A stretch of DNA of 64,000 bases from Phallusia mammillata (Eukaryota). Location of the stretch: positions 5,952,001-6,016,000 of the forward strand of contig OZ281500.1 of NCBI GenBank assembly GCA_965637545.1. The letters run 5' to 3'. This document shows positions 35,551 to 47,419 of this stretch, in pieces (positions within the stretch are counted from its first letter, which is position 1; every line of letters starts with the position of its first letter). A program made the translations under genes and the position numbers. The notes under the pieces are model-generated. The model was not told the origin of the DNA. It did not search any database and worked only from the letters and a program-made list of their open reading frames with translations.

Positions 35551-38500
35551 ATGACTAGCACACTTGCAATGACGTCTGGACGAAGACAGTCCAAACTACG
35601 ACTTCCCAACAACATATTGTCATGTGGTGATGATTTTAACCTAACCGGCGGCAGCTCAGGATCTCCACTCATCACACCCAATGACACCACTGACCCACTG
35701 GACAAAGGTTTGTGCTTGTTTGATATTTAGTAAGTTGAATTTGGGTTTGGCATATTGTATGTATTGTAATACTCCTAATACTATGCAGTTTGGTTAACTT
35801 TAGGACCTTAATTATGTCTTCGAAGCACTATTTTAATGTCAAAGCACTGTGTTGCCTGATCATTGACAATCTTGGTCAATTCAAGAATTGACACAATGCA
35901 GCTGATTTTTGTGAAAACTTGAATTAAAGCTTGATAGATCATGACAGATTAAATATCAAAATTTTATGTGTAGGTTCCTTTTTATGACATGCCGAAAGTA
36001 AACATGTTAACATGCATATAAAAGCATATGTTTTTCAAACCTTTGCATATTTAATAGCCACATTTTACTGACAAGTAACTTGACCTGAGTATGGGGGATT
36101 ATCTTCAAAACAAAATTTTTTGCAGTGTTTCATTTGGACTCAATGGATGGAGATGACAACAATAACAACAACCGCAGCGCAACTGCAGTTTTATCCAAAC
36201 TTTTAGATGGAAAGGATCTTTTCAATGATGTTGAAGCTTCTCCATCACCACCATGTCAAGACTCTGATTCATTTGTCCCATCCAAGTCTGCCTCTTCACG
36301 ACTTTCCATTCAAAAACTTTCGGCATCACAGCGCAAAAACAACCGTCCACCTACGAATCGACACAAACCAGCTGAGGTTGGTTACACTTGTGCACCTCAT
36401 TTGTCGACATATTTTTGCATTATTGTTGGGATACTCTAAATAAAAATAAGGTTTGAATCATGCGGAACAATTAAAATTAAATAGATGTTATGTCACATTA
36501 TTTCCTTCTTGATTCGATTTTTATGTCGTTATTGAGTCTGCCTTATTTTTAAACTCAAAACACCGTAATAATAAACATGGTTTCTTTAAGGCTGAAAAAA
36601 TTGAACAAAATGTTTTTAACTGAATAATTACTTCTCAGGTTTTTAGAAAAGATTTAATAAGTGCAATGAAAATTCCTGACACCTCTCAGTTACTTAGCGA
36701 AGAATATTGGGTTATGCAAGACTCCTGGAAAATTGAATGGGAGAAGGGTGTGCAGGTAATATGCATATTATAATATTGAATTGCTTGTTTTATTGCTTGA
36801 GCATATTGCCCTTTTAGGTTCCTGTAAATGCCAAATCAATTCCAACAAAAAACGTAAGAATTGTTCCCAAAGAAATGCAAGGTGGATTTCGGATGTAAGT
36901 GTTATGTTTTGTATTAACTGCAAAATGAATTTTTGGTAACATAAAGTATTAGGTCTTTATTAAAGGAGGTTTTCTGCATGAGCAGCACTATACAGTTCAA
37001 ATCAGTGTTCTTGTTAAGAACTGTGTATTTTGACTTATATGTGCTTATATATATACTTTTAGGCCAAGGAAAATGTTGAAATCTAGTCCGGAACCGGGAG
37101 ATAAAGACATGGTCGACCTTAATGTGCTTGCAGATTCGGCGTGTAGATATGACTTGGATGAAATGGACGTACTTTGGCTAAATGAAATCAATGAAGAGCG
37201 GAGTTTAAGAGGTAAGTTATCACAATAACTATGAATTTCAACTCCGTTTTTTTACAACTTTGATGATTTACAAAGATGTTTAGGTTTTCAATAAGTTGTA
37301 ATGCACCAAAGTTTCAGTCTGCTGAACATGCTTTAGTGATCAAAACTAATTGTTCCTTTGCTAAACATGGCTCAGGTTGTCTGCAAAATACTTTGTGTTT
37401 TGTGCAGGCAGCATGTACACATTATAAAAGTTGTATCGGGGTGTTGTAAACGAGTTTACTTGCATTATCAATATAAGGTTCAGTTCAAAACATCCATTAA
37501 GAAAGGGTTTCAGGTGCGGTATTAGTCAAACAAAAATTTTCAGTTTTGGTCTTATCCTTTCTGGGCCGACTGGATGCATTGCTAGTTATAAACATCACAT
37601 GCAATAAAAGTATGCTATAATGTTGATGTCAGAGAGTAGTGATGGGACGATACCAGGTTTTGAGTACCGATACCGAGTACGAGTTACCACATGTATATAC
37701 CTTCGATACCGAGTAAGTGTAGTATTGTACTTAGTTGTATATCACTGGCTAATTTATCAGCCATGGTCGGGCTACAGGCGTGCACACACACATGTCGTAA
37801 AATCTCCATGTGATAGCGAAAAAGATATACGTAACCTGGCAGAACTTTTTTGCAATTTTCTGCTGTCTGAAGCAAATTTTGGCATAAAGTTGTCCTTATT
37901 CTTATGGTGTAAATCGGCCTTCGGTACTCGCACCTTGGTATCGAAAACTGAGACAAAATATTTTGATACCGAGTACGAGTATCGATAGCACTGAAATCGT
38001 TCGATACTGAGTACCGGGTACTTGTCCCATCACTATCAGAGAGTAGCGCTGTTCCTTTTGAGCTGTTTTGCAGTTTTATCCTAGTTTATTAACACAATGT
38101 CTTTTGTGTAGGTTTAATGTCATTGGATGAATTTTCAATGGAACAAATAATGGAAGAATTAGAAACACAGTGTCATGAAAACATGCAAGTCGCAATACAG
38201 ACCAAGGAAGGACTGGGAATTGAATATGATGAAGATGTAGTGTGTGATGTGTGTCGAATGGTAAGTACCAAATTTTTGTGTTCCGGTTTCCACCACTTTT
38301 CTGACTTTGGAAGCAATTATATCAACATCACATTTATAGAGTTCTTCTGGCAATTGTATTTCAAAGCTTTGATATTATGCCTGGCAGCAACAGCTTTTGT
38401 ATTGTATCAAAATTTTTTCATATGGTAACAGCTATAACTTGTATTTTAGCCGGACTGTGAAGAGGGAAATGAAATGGTGTTTTGTGATGGATGTAACCTT

Positions 38501-41500
38501 TGTGTACATCAAGCCTGTTATGGAATTCTCAAGGTAATTTCACAACCCACACTAAAGTTGAACTCTTTTAGGTGAATTTCTCATTATTTTTTGTTATACA
38601 GGTTCCAGAGGGCAACTGGTTATGCCGTCCATGCTCACTTGGTATTCGCGGATCAGCTGTTTGTATTCTCTGTGACCGAAAAGGAGGAGCTATGAAGAGT
38701 ACACGTTCAGGCAATAAATGGGCTCATGTAAGCTGTGCTCTTTGGATCCCAGAAATTTCAATTGCAGATCCAGAAAGAATGGAACCAATCACAAAGGTTC
38801 GCTTTATAGATATATATATGTTTGTGTATCATATCCAACACATGAATTACTTAGTTGACGAAGGGCCCTGACCTGTTGCCCTTGGCACTAGAAAATAATG
38901 GGTAATTAGGTGGCCTGGAAGAAAGTTTATATGTGCGATTTATATGTTTTAAGGTGCTCCCACTTTTGTTTGCTCCTTGTATTCACTATTTCACATGCAA
39001 AATATTCTTTTGGTGTTTTCCTACTGAATAAATGTTTGTTTACATAACAGGAGATAAGAAGTTATGAATGATGTTTATTTGGCAGTGACAAAATAGACAT
39101 TCAAAAACAATTGGAAATAGCGTAAAGTAAAAGGCCTAAAAGTGAACACGAATTAACCTCTTAAGTGGAATACCATCCTTAATATAATCAACTTCGTAGA
39201 GTTTGCAAAAATTCTGATCCTCAATTCAACTCTGACCTTTTGACTCTGACTCCATCTAATACCTACATCCCCACCACTGCAACCTTAAGGGCTAGTTACC
39301 TGTAGAAATAAATGGTAGTTTAAATCTTTGCTTGAAAATTTAAATTGTGTTCCCATATCAGTTTATGACTTGTGGCCTATTTTCCAGGTATCCCATGTCC
39401 CTGCATCTAGGTGGGCATTGCTGTGCAGCATCTGTAAGGACAGGGTTGGAGCTTGTATCCAGTGCAGTGTTAAACATTGTGTCACAGCATACCATGTCAC
39501 ATGCGCTGTGGAAGAAAAACTGGACATGATTGCGGATTGTACTGATGAGAGTGCAGAGGATGCAGTCATTTTCAGGTGGGCATCTTTTGCAAGGAATTTA
39601 CAATACTATGACAATGGCTTTACGACACCGAGGTTATCATTTTGGGCTTGGTGACAGTTTTACCAGAAAACATGTGTTTCAGATTTTTGCTGTTCTAATC
39701 TAAACCAGTATCGAAAAGTGTATTTTTTAGTTTTGTGGATTTGTGTTGTGATATTTTTAACAAGTCTTACTTTTGTCAAATTGTGAAAACAACATTAATT
39801 GTGTTGGACAAACTTTTCAGTGCATGCGCTTTACAAAATTAACAGTTTTATTGTGTCACAGAGTATTGAACAAAAAAATTAAGCAAAAAAATAAACATAT
39901 TTTTGGGGAAAAGGTATTTTAACATAGTAACACAGTTTTGCATTAGGCATATTTTTTCAACAGATATAGTAACCAAAATTTAAAGGTGATAACATTTATA
40001 GGCACATAACCATAATTTAAAGGGCCACATGGATTTCCTTAAGCAGGTAAAATATGGCCCATAAACCCATCACTGCCTTCCTATCTCTCACTCTCAGGGC
40101 CCAAGATATGGAAAATTAAACTTTTACTACATATATATATGTAAGTTATAGGTTGAAACAGTGTGCACTGGCTGCAGCTTATAATTAGGTTGCTCTGAAG
40201 GTGCATGATAACCATTATACTACATAGGAAACTGGTTAATCCGGATTGCAGTTTGTCCCTGGTACGCGGCTTGCATATAACCGACATTTTTTTGACAAAG
40301 ATAGGCAATGTAGGGATTCACAATATATTACCGATTAACTGACTTGCAATTAACTGGTTTAGTTTGTATTGGGCACTAATTGATTATAACTGCCATATAA
40401 TAACATAACACCATTGCATTTCTTCAACATTGCAGGTCTTTTTGCAAGAAACACAGCAAAAATCGCACGGAGAGCATCAGCGACCAAGAAAAGGACGAAG
40501 AGGAAAAGAGGAACTTGAGGCAGAAGAGGATCATGGAGTTGGAGGAAGACTTCTTCACTCTTGTCAAAGATGAGGTAGAATGAGCATGATTTAAATATAT
40601 AGAATTGTTTATTGCTGGAAGTTTATCAGGCATTACGAAGCAGAACCATTGTTTTCTTTATTTTCATTTTCATTGTCACAACCAGTTTGTATTTTGATAG
40701 CACAAGTAGCCTCCATATGTTTCAACTTTGTTATGGTGCTTTTCAGTTTGCATGGGTATGCGATAATATGTATAAAATTTGTATTTAATTAGGGTAGTAT
40801 AATTTTGGGGTATTCTGATTTTCTGCCAATGTTTTAAAAAAACAGCCATAAATTGTGCAAGAGCAACATACATTTTTAGATTTTGGTTGGATTTGGAAAA
40901 TTTTCTTCAACTTTATAACACTGGGATCATTTTTACCTGTTTGTATATGTAGTGTGTTCGAGAATGTTAAATATACACCGTATTTTAGGTTAAACTTTCT
41001 GTGTCCTTTGTTTTTGCTGTCTCTTACCTTTATCCACGCTTCTGATAATCTGTTTATCAACAGTAATATGTGCCTCCATGTCTAAAGGAATCCTAAACAT
41101 TGGTTTGTTCCTCACATTTGGTCAAGAAAAACAAAAGGATGCAAAAATCTGCATAATTAATATACAGTGTCCTAACTCGTCATTGTGAACTTTGACCCCA
41201 GAAACCCACAAGCTCTCTGAGCATTAGAGCAACAAACTTTAGTTCAATTCATTCATCTTTCACCTATTTATGCTAAAAAATGTATGTATGTTTGCGGGCT
41301 GTTTCCGACATATAAACCCCAATTGTGCCGAGCTTTTCTACATTCCTTAGCTTATTTTGCCTAAACAACGCTATTTTCCAAGCAGAACATGCACATAACA
41401 CTTGCTTGGTGAATTGCTCAACAAAATTATCTTTTTCAGGCTGTCGCGAATGCATTGAGTGTTCCCATTGAGACTGTACAGGAGGTAATGGCGTATTGGA

Positions 41501-44500
41501 AACTGAAGCGTAAAGTCAACTTTGACCGCGCCTTGATCACTCCTAAACACGAGGAAGGTACAGCCCTCGCTGAAGCCGCTGAAACCAACCTCCAAAGGAG
41601 GCTTCGAATGTTCACCCATCTAAGGTAAGCATTATAAACCCTAGTTTAAAACACTGATTTTTATGCATATTGTAATTGCCCCCCAATGCGAATTGAAAAA
41701 GCAGACGGATGCTGAATGGCAATATCCATTTATTACATAATATTTTTTTAGTAAATTGTGTACTGTATCACGAACATCGCTTATTATAGGTGCTAGAGCA
41801 AAAGTCTGATTTATAATGCGAATTTATTTAAATGGCTTGTAATAGAAACTTAAAATGTTTTATCGGTTGAGCTCTTTGTATTTACACAGCGTAATTGGCC
41901 AAACAGCACACTTGTAATTCTGTTATATTATGTAATTAATTATTGTGTCTAAAAGATAAGTTGATGACCTAATTTGCCATCCACGAAGACTTACAGTGTG
42001 TCAATGACCAGTTACCACCCATTGTCATTTTACACATCGCAAAAATTACCTATAGTACCTTACGTAATATGCGTTTTATTACGCAACGCCTCGTAACAAG
42101 TGCTTTGCATTACAGGCAAGATTTAGAGCGCGTGCGCAACCTGTGTTACATGATCGGTCGACGTGAAAAGACGAAACGATCGTCAGTGAAAAATATGGAA
42201 AGCGTTTTCCTTACACAGGTTTGTACAAACTCAAGTTTCAGTTCCAGTACTTTGTGCATTATAAAAAGCAAATACCTCGACAATATTAGGTTATTTGGGG
42301 AATTTACTTTGTAGCCGTGGTTCCTATATCATTTTTCGGCGAACTTCTTTCATTTGAATTTTTTTTATACTTCCCCTATAGACTAAATAGTAGATGCTAA
42401 ACCATACAAAAACAAAATTGCGTATTTTGTCAACTTTACAGGTTATATTCTCAAAGAGTCTATTTACAAACCACATGTAAAAATTAAAGTAATTTTCTCC
42501 CCTAAAGTTTTAAAATCCCTGCCTTGAAAGGAATTTCTTCACGGTTGGGAAACACTTGCTTACAATTTGTTTCACAATGTAGATGAAGCTGCTGGAAAGG
42601 CGAATGTGCCATGACACCACTTTCAACACACAGCGTATGGCGAACAACCTGACCAAGTTCGGTAAACCCGAAGTTTGCGAGCTGGCAAAGAAGGAGTGGA
42701 AATTTCTTTCCAAGCACCCTGAGTGGATGCCAATGGACGTACTGGCGGACAAGGCCCCTGCAGACACCAGAGACAGTACAAACACTGAGTTAAAAGCACA
42801 AGTTGATACCAGCACCATACCTCCGGCATCTGACCATAAGGTGGCGCCAGATGTCAATAAACTTCCCACTTCGCGGCATAAGAATGGACTCCACCGTAAG
42901 GCGTTCTTAACCGCCTGCCAACGGCGCGAATCATTAGGCCTGAAGCGCGCACCAACGCAGACTGAGACACCAGAGGTCGCCCAAGAGGTTACAAAGCCGC
43001 GTGCCGAGACGAGAAAGCGAAGTTTGCGCTCAAATTCCGATTCAGACTTTGAGAGTGAAAACAAAGTCCCGTTTTCGCCAACTGACACACGGTTAAGCAA
43101 GCGCACAAAGACTTGGTCAGTATGGAGGACAAAAGCCGCTGGTGTTTCGCCCTCTGCCTTTACCGTGAAAACCGAAAAGGTTGAAGAGGAAAAAACGCCG
43201 GATAGCAAAAGCCGAACATCTCGCCATCGCCCTTCGCGTCTAGGCACACGGGCAAGCAGCATTACTGACAATGAGCGTTCAGCGCAGTTAAGTGACAGTG
43301 CCTTGCCCAATGCGACTGTTAAACCGCCCAAGCCTGATCTGGTGATCAAGTGGGATTCGGATAAGGTTGATGAACCGGAGATGACCACACAGAAGGGAAA
43401 AAATTCACTGCCTAATGGACAAGTTCCAAAATGCACCAAACCCGACAGCAGTAAGATATTAGTTGTATATATGCCATACATTTTTTTTTAAATAGACAAT
43501 CTTTGTAACAAACCACAATTTTTTGTGCTTTGCAATTCACACATGTACGTCCTGAAGGTTATTTTAACTTTTGTTTCGCCCATGTAGCTACCAGACTTGT
43601 TTTAAGTATCCGCTTTTATGACACAAAACATGTAATTTTTAGATGGCAATGCGAAACATACCGTCCAATCCCGTAAACCTATCTCCGCTGTGAAGAGCTC
43701 CCCGGGAAGTGTAGAGACGAGAAGCACATCACAGAAGATCGGGAGGAGGTTGCCCGGTCGCAGAGCAGCAGCCGAGGCAAAAAACGTGCCAGGAGCTCTT
43801 GCTCAATCATGTGACAGTGACGTGAGCGCCGAGGATCACAAGGCGAGCGTGTCACGTGAGCAAGGGCTCCGCAAATCTCACACGTCACCTCGCAAGGACC
43901 AAGGAGGCTCGGAGAAGGAAGTGCTTGTCGATAAGAAGAACATCCCAAGGCCTAGATTGCGTTCAGGAAAACGGGATGATGATGAAGATGGAGGTTACCG
44001 TGGTGACATGGACGAATCTGACTCTGAAACTTTGGGGGCATCACCCAGCCGACACAAGCACCCACATCCTGCAAGCAAACGGGTATCACATGCTATGCAG
44101 AAGCGTTCAGCGCGAAAGCACTCCGACACCGCCGACTCGAGTGATTACAAATCTCTAAACGAATATGACAAGACCTCGATGGCCAAAAGGAGGCGTTTAC
44201 GTTCTCTGCATAGACTGCAGAAGCCGGACGCATGCGAGGTGCGCTTCAAGGGTTACAAGGACGTCCTGGATGACCCTCAGGCGACTCCTCCGTCCCGTTT
44301 GTCGGGTCAAGCAGCGTCCAGTGAAATGACACTGCAGAGTGACACTACGAATGACCAGAGTCATCGGTGGTCAAAAAACGAGTCGGCCGTCGGCGATGCT
44401 TGCGATGAGGATGTAGCTGTTGATGAGCAGCGATCAATCGCCGGCGGCCCAACCCTGTCCACCAGCAATGCTGCTCATCCACCCAGCTACACTCCTGCCG

Positions 44501-47419
44501 GTTCCAACCAAGGATACCAAGTCCCAATGTCTTTTTACAATCCACCGCCGGGATACTATCCTAACAGTCAGGTCGTGCTGCCTCCCGACATATACTATTC
44601 CAACGTATATTCGCGCAGTGGCTGGACGCTTACGCCAAAGCAAAAGTCGATATATGCACAACAGTTTGCTGCCCAGGCTCTCCACCAGGCGGCGCTGCAA
44701 CATTCAGCACAGACCGCCGCGTCACTGCCTCCCGACAACTCGTCGCCACCGCTCCCTGACTCCACTCTCTCGCCGGAAAGCAACCAAATACCGAACTCAA
44801 TCGCGACTCAAGCTTCTTTAAATCCTTCCTTTGACCCTCAAAACCCATTAGTAATGAACACAGTGGCGCAAAATTCGCAGGAGCAGGGTTTTAGTGGTGC
44901 TTCGGTTTCACAAACGCAAGTTCAATATCAAGATAGCCAACCCCCGCCTGGTGAAGAGTCACCCGTATCTAGGAAATCGCACAAAAAGAAGAAGAGCAAA
45001 AAGTCAAAGAGGAAGAAAAAGAAGAAACGGAAGCGCAGAGAGTCGATGATGAGTGCCCAAAAATCTAACACCGCCTCCGAAGCTCAAAGCGGGAGCTCGG
45101 ATGAATACTGCGTAGAATACTGCTCAGTCCTTCCTAACCCAGTCGAGGACGAAACGGCGGCAACACCCACTTCAGAAGAAAGTCCCGCCCACGTTTCAGA
45201 CAATGACGACGTTCCAGTGGCCAACGTGCCCTCGCGGGAAGTGGAACTTAGCCAAAGCGGCAACGACACTCTCAACGCCAGTAATACCTCCGCAAACACG
45301 GGCAGCTTCGTATCCTCGGAACAAGCGTCTCCTGTAAAGCAAGGTGGACTTTTGTTAAAAATCGATCGCAAACGCCTTATTGTGACTCAGGAAAGCGAGA
45401 GTGAAGACGAAAGCGAATCCAGCGCGGCGTCCTCGTCAGGCAATGAAAGCGGCACACTCGCGGATTCTTCAAACAAAACTGCACCATACGTTTCACCGCT
45501 TAAACTTAAATTAAGTATTCAGAAGAGCGACCGGGCACTGAGAAGCGGCCTCATGCCGCGTTGTTATGAAATCCTGGGCGAAGACAACCCACCGCTGGAT
45601 GGCGAACGTGAGTCAGACAACGAGTCGCAATCTCTAATAAACACAACTGAAAAAACTGAACGGCCCACTAGAGCCCAAGCTGCATTACGCCGTCTTGGTC
45701 TTCTTAGCGACGACGCCAAGCCTCAGCAGCCAGAGAAGCGTGCCGTTTTGCGAATTCCCACTGTGTCCAACTCCTCACCTACACGAATTACTGCCCCCGC
45801 CAATGATCCCCCTGCTTTACCTGTGCCTCGCCGTAAGCGTGGGCGACCGAGAAAAACAGTGGCCCCAAAACATGAGGTGGAAAGCAAAGCATCAGTAGAA
45901 CACAGCACACCAGTTGCAGTTACGACAACCAGAAGTGCCTCTACTGATACGCGCGGCACCTTTACGTCTAACGTCCACGCGACGCCGCCCCATCGAGTAA
46001 GAAGCCATAGTGACGTCATACTGCCTGACGTGACGTCACCAGTCGGTGGCGGGGTGGCACAGCCCGAGCGTCACTGGAAGAAGAGGAAAGTAATTGAACA
46101 CGAAACTTCAGTCACTGTGGAACCGAAGCCACCCCCTGATAACAGTGCTGCAATCGAAAGTTCTGTTGTAAATCCTTCCAGCTCCTCAAATTACACAAGC
46201 CCGACTGAACCTAAGCCTCTGGAAACGCCGACCACAATTTCTAGTGCAAGAGAAATGCCAGGACCTACTCCCCCTAGCGGCGTTCAAAAAATGGACACAG
46301 AAGTAAGCGATATTAAACATTCGCACGAACCAGATGTTCACGAAAATGCGACGAAATGGCCAGAAACCACTGCTAGCCCTGTTACAGTCAAATCTCCGCG
46401 CGTTTCCACTGGCAACGGTAAGTTTTTATATCTTCGAAACAGCGCGTATAAACGTTTGTGTTCACGATTCACGGTTTTAAAGATTCTGACGAGAAACAAA
46501 CAAACCTATATTTTTGTATAGGACATGACGTTTTGACATAAACTTGGGTCATTTTCAAAGGAAATGAATAAAAACCCAAACAGCACCAAAATTCGAACCC
46601 CCTGTACTTATTAAACACCTAACCGTTTTATCTCTTATCGTTTTAATCTCAACGTGGTTTCGCGCTGTTGTCTTGATCCTGCTGATTTTATGTGCTGCTG
46701 GGTTTTTACATTCATGTTAAAATTGTCGCTAAAACTGCTTGAAAACGCACAGATACACAGCAACGGCCGACAAAAGCCAACAGGAGGAAAACGAGCGCGG
46801 ACCAACCTAATGACGCGAGGAAAAGCTCAGGGAAATCATTTCAATCATCGCGCACTGTTGTCGACGGCCTCCCTCCCGTGTCCCCTTACAGGTGTGATTC
46901 AGTTCTTAAGCTCTCTCAATGTAGGCTGCATAAGGTTTAATACAGCAGTTTTGCAAGTCACTTCTTGCTTGTTTAAATAAAAGGGCTTGATTCGGGCCTG
47001 ACTTCCCACTATGTCACATTTGCGTTAAAAATTAAACTCAGTTAATTAAAGTTTTAGACCTAATTTTGGCTTGTGTAAAAGAAATTGAGGTTTGGGCCTG
47101 GGTCTCGGATTTGTACCTCAATTTTAGGCCCGCTTACAGCTCAAAATAAACCTTTGACCCTGTGCTTAAAACGCCCGACCTATTTGCACTGAATATATGA
47201 CCTTTAACCCCTACTTAAAATTTCAGGTTTACCATTGCAAACACGCACCAACAGAAGATGTGCAAGTCGGGCACCCCAGCACCTGGCACTGTTCCTCGGG
47301 ATGCGGCTTTTAACCTCGTCCGAGCAAAGAGAAAACACGAATCGGGTGGCAAACCGGCGGTAAAAAAGACCTCCTCGTCCAAGGACGATCCATATGAGTT
47401 TGCGGATTTTGGGAGCTAG
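35551..47419 (+). CDS. JADE1: JADE family PHD finger protein (EPC-N, PHD-Zn knuckle-PHD) with a very long low-complexity tail, about 1920 aa
   Basis: 16 exons: 35551-35707, 36126-36376, 36639-36755, 36818-36894, 37063-37211, 38112-38260, 38450-38533, 38602-38796, 39388-39575, 40436-40574, 41440-41624, 42116-42218, 42583-43450, 43643-46417, 46753-46891, 47227-47419. Hallmarks: [111 protein letters not shown]. Likely a pro-ortholog of JADE1/2/3. The start codon is tentative. Confidence 0.93.
37637..38035 (+). mobile_element. hAT-type MITE, 399 bp, copy 1 (JADE intron)
   Basis: 12-bp TIR TAGTGATGGGAC / GTCCCATCACTA and a perfect 8-bp TSD TCAGAGAG. Clustered GATACCGAGTAC subterminal repeats. Confidence 0.95.

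Noticed and set aside
37620-37988. ORFs in the 399-bp MITE copies (also 53687-54038)
   Set aside because: Products of repetitive subterminal motifs. The frames are not conserved between copies and show no transposase features.
42510-43481. 323-aa minus-strand ORF
   Set aside because: Antisense shadow of JADE exon 13. It has no splice or homology support of its own.
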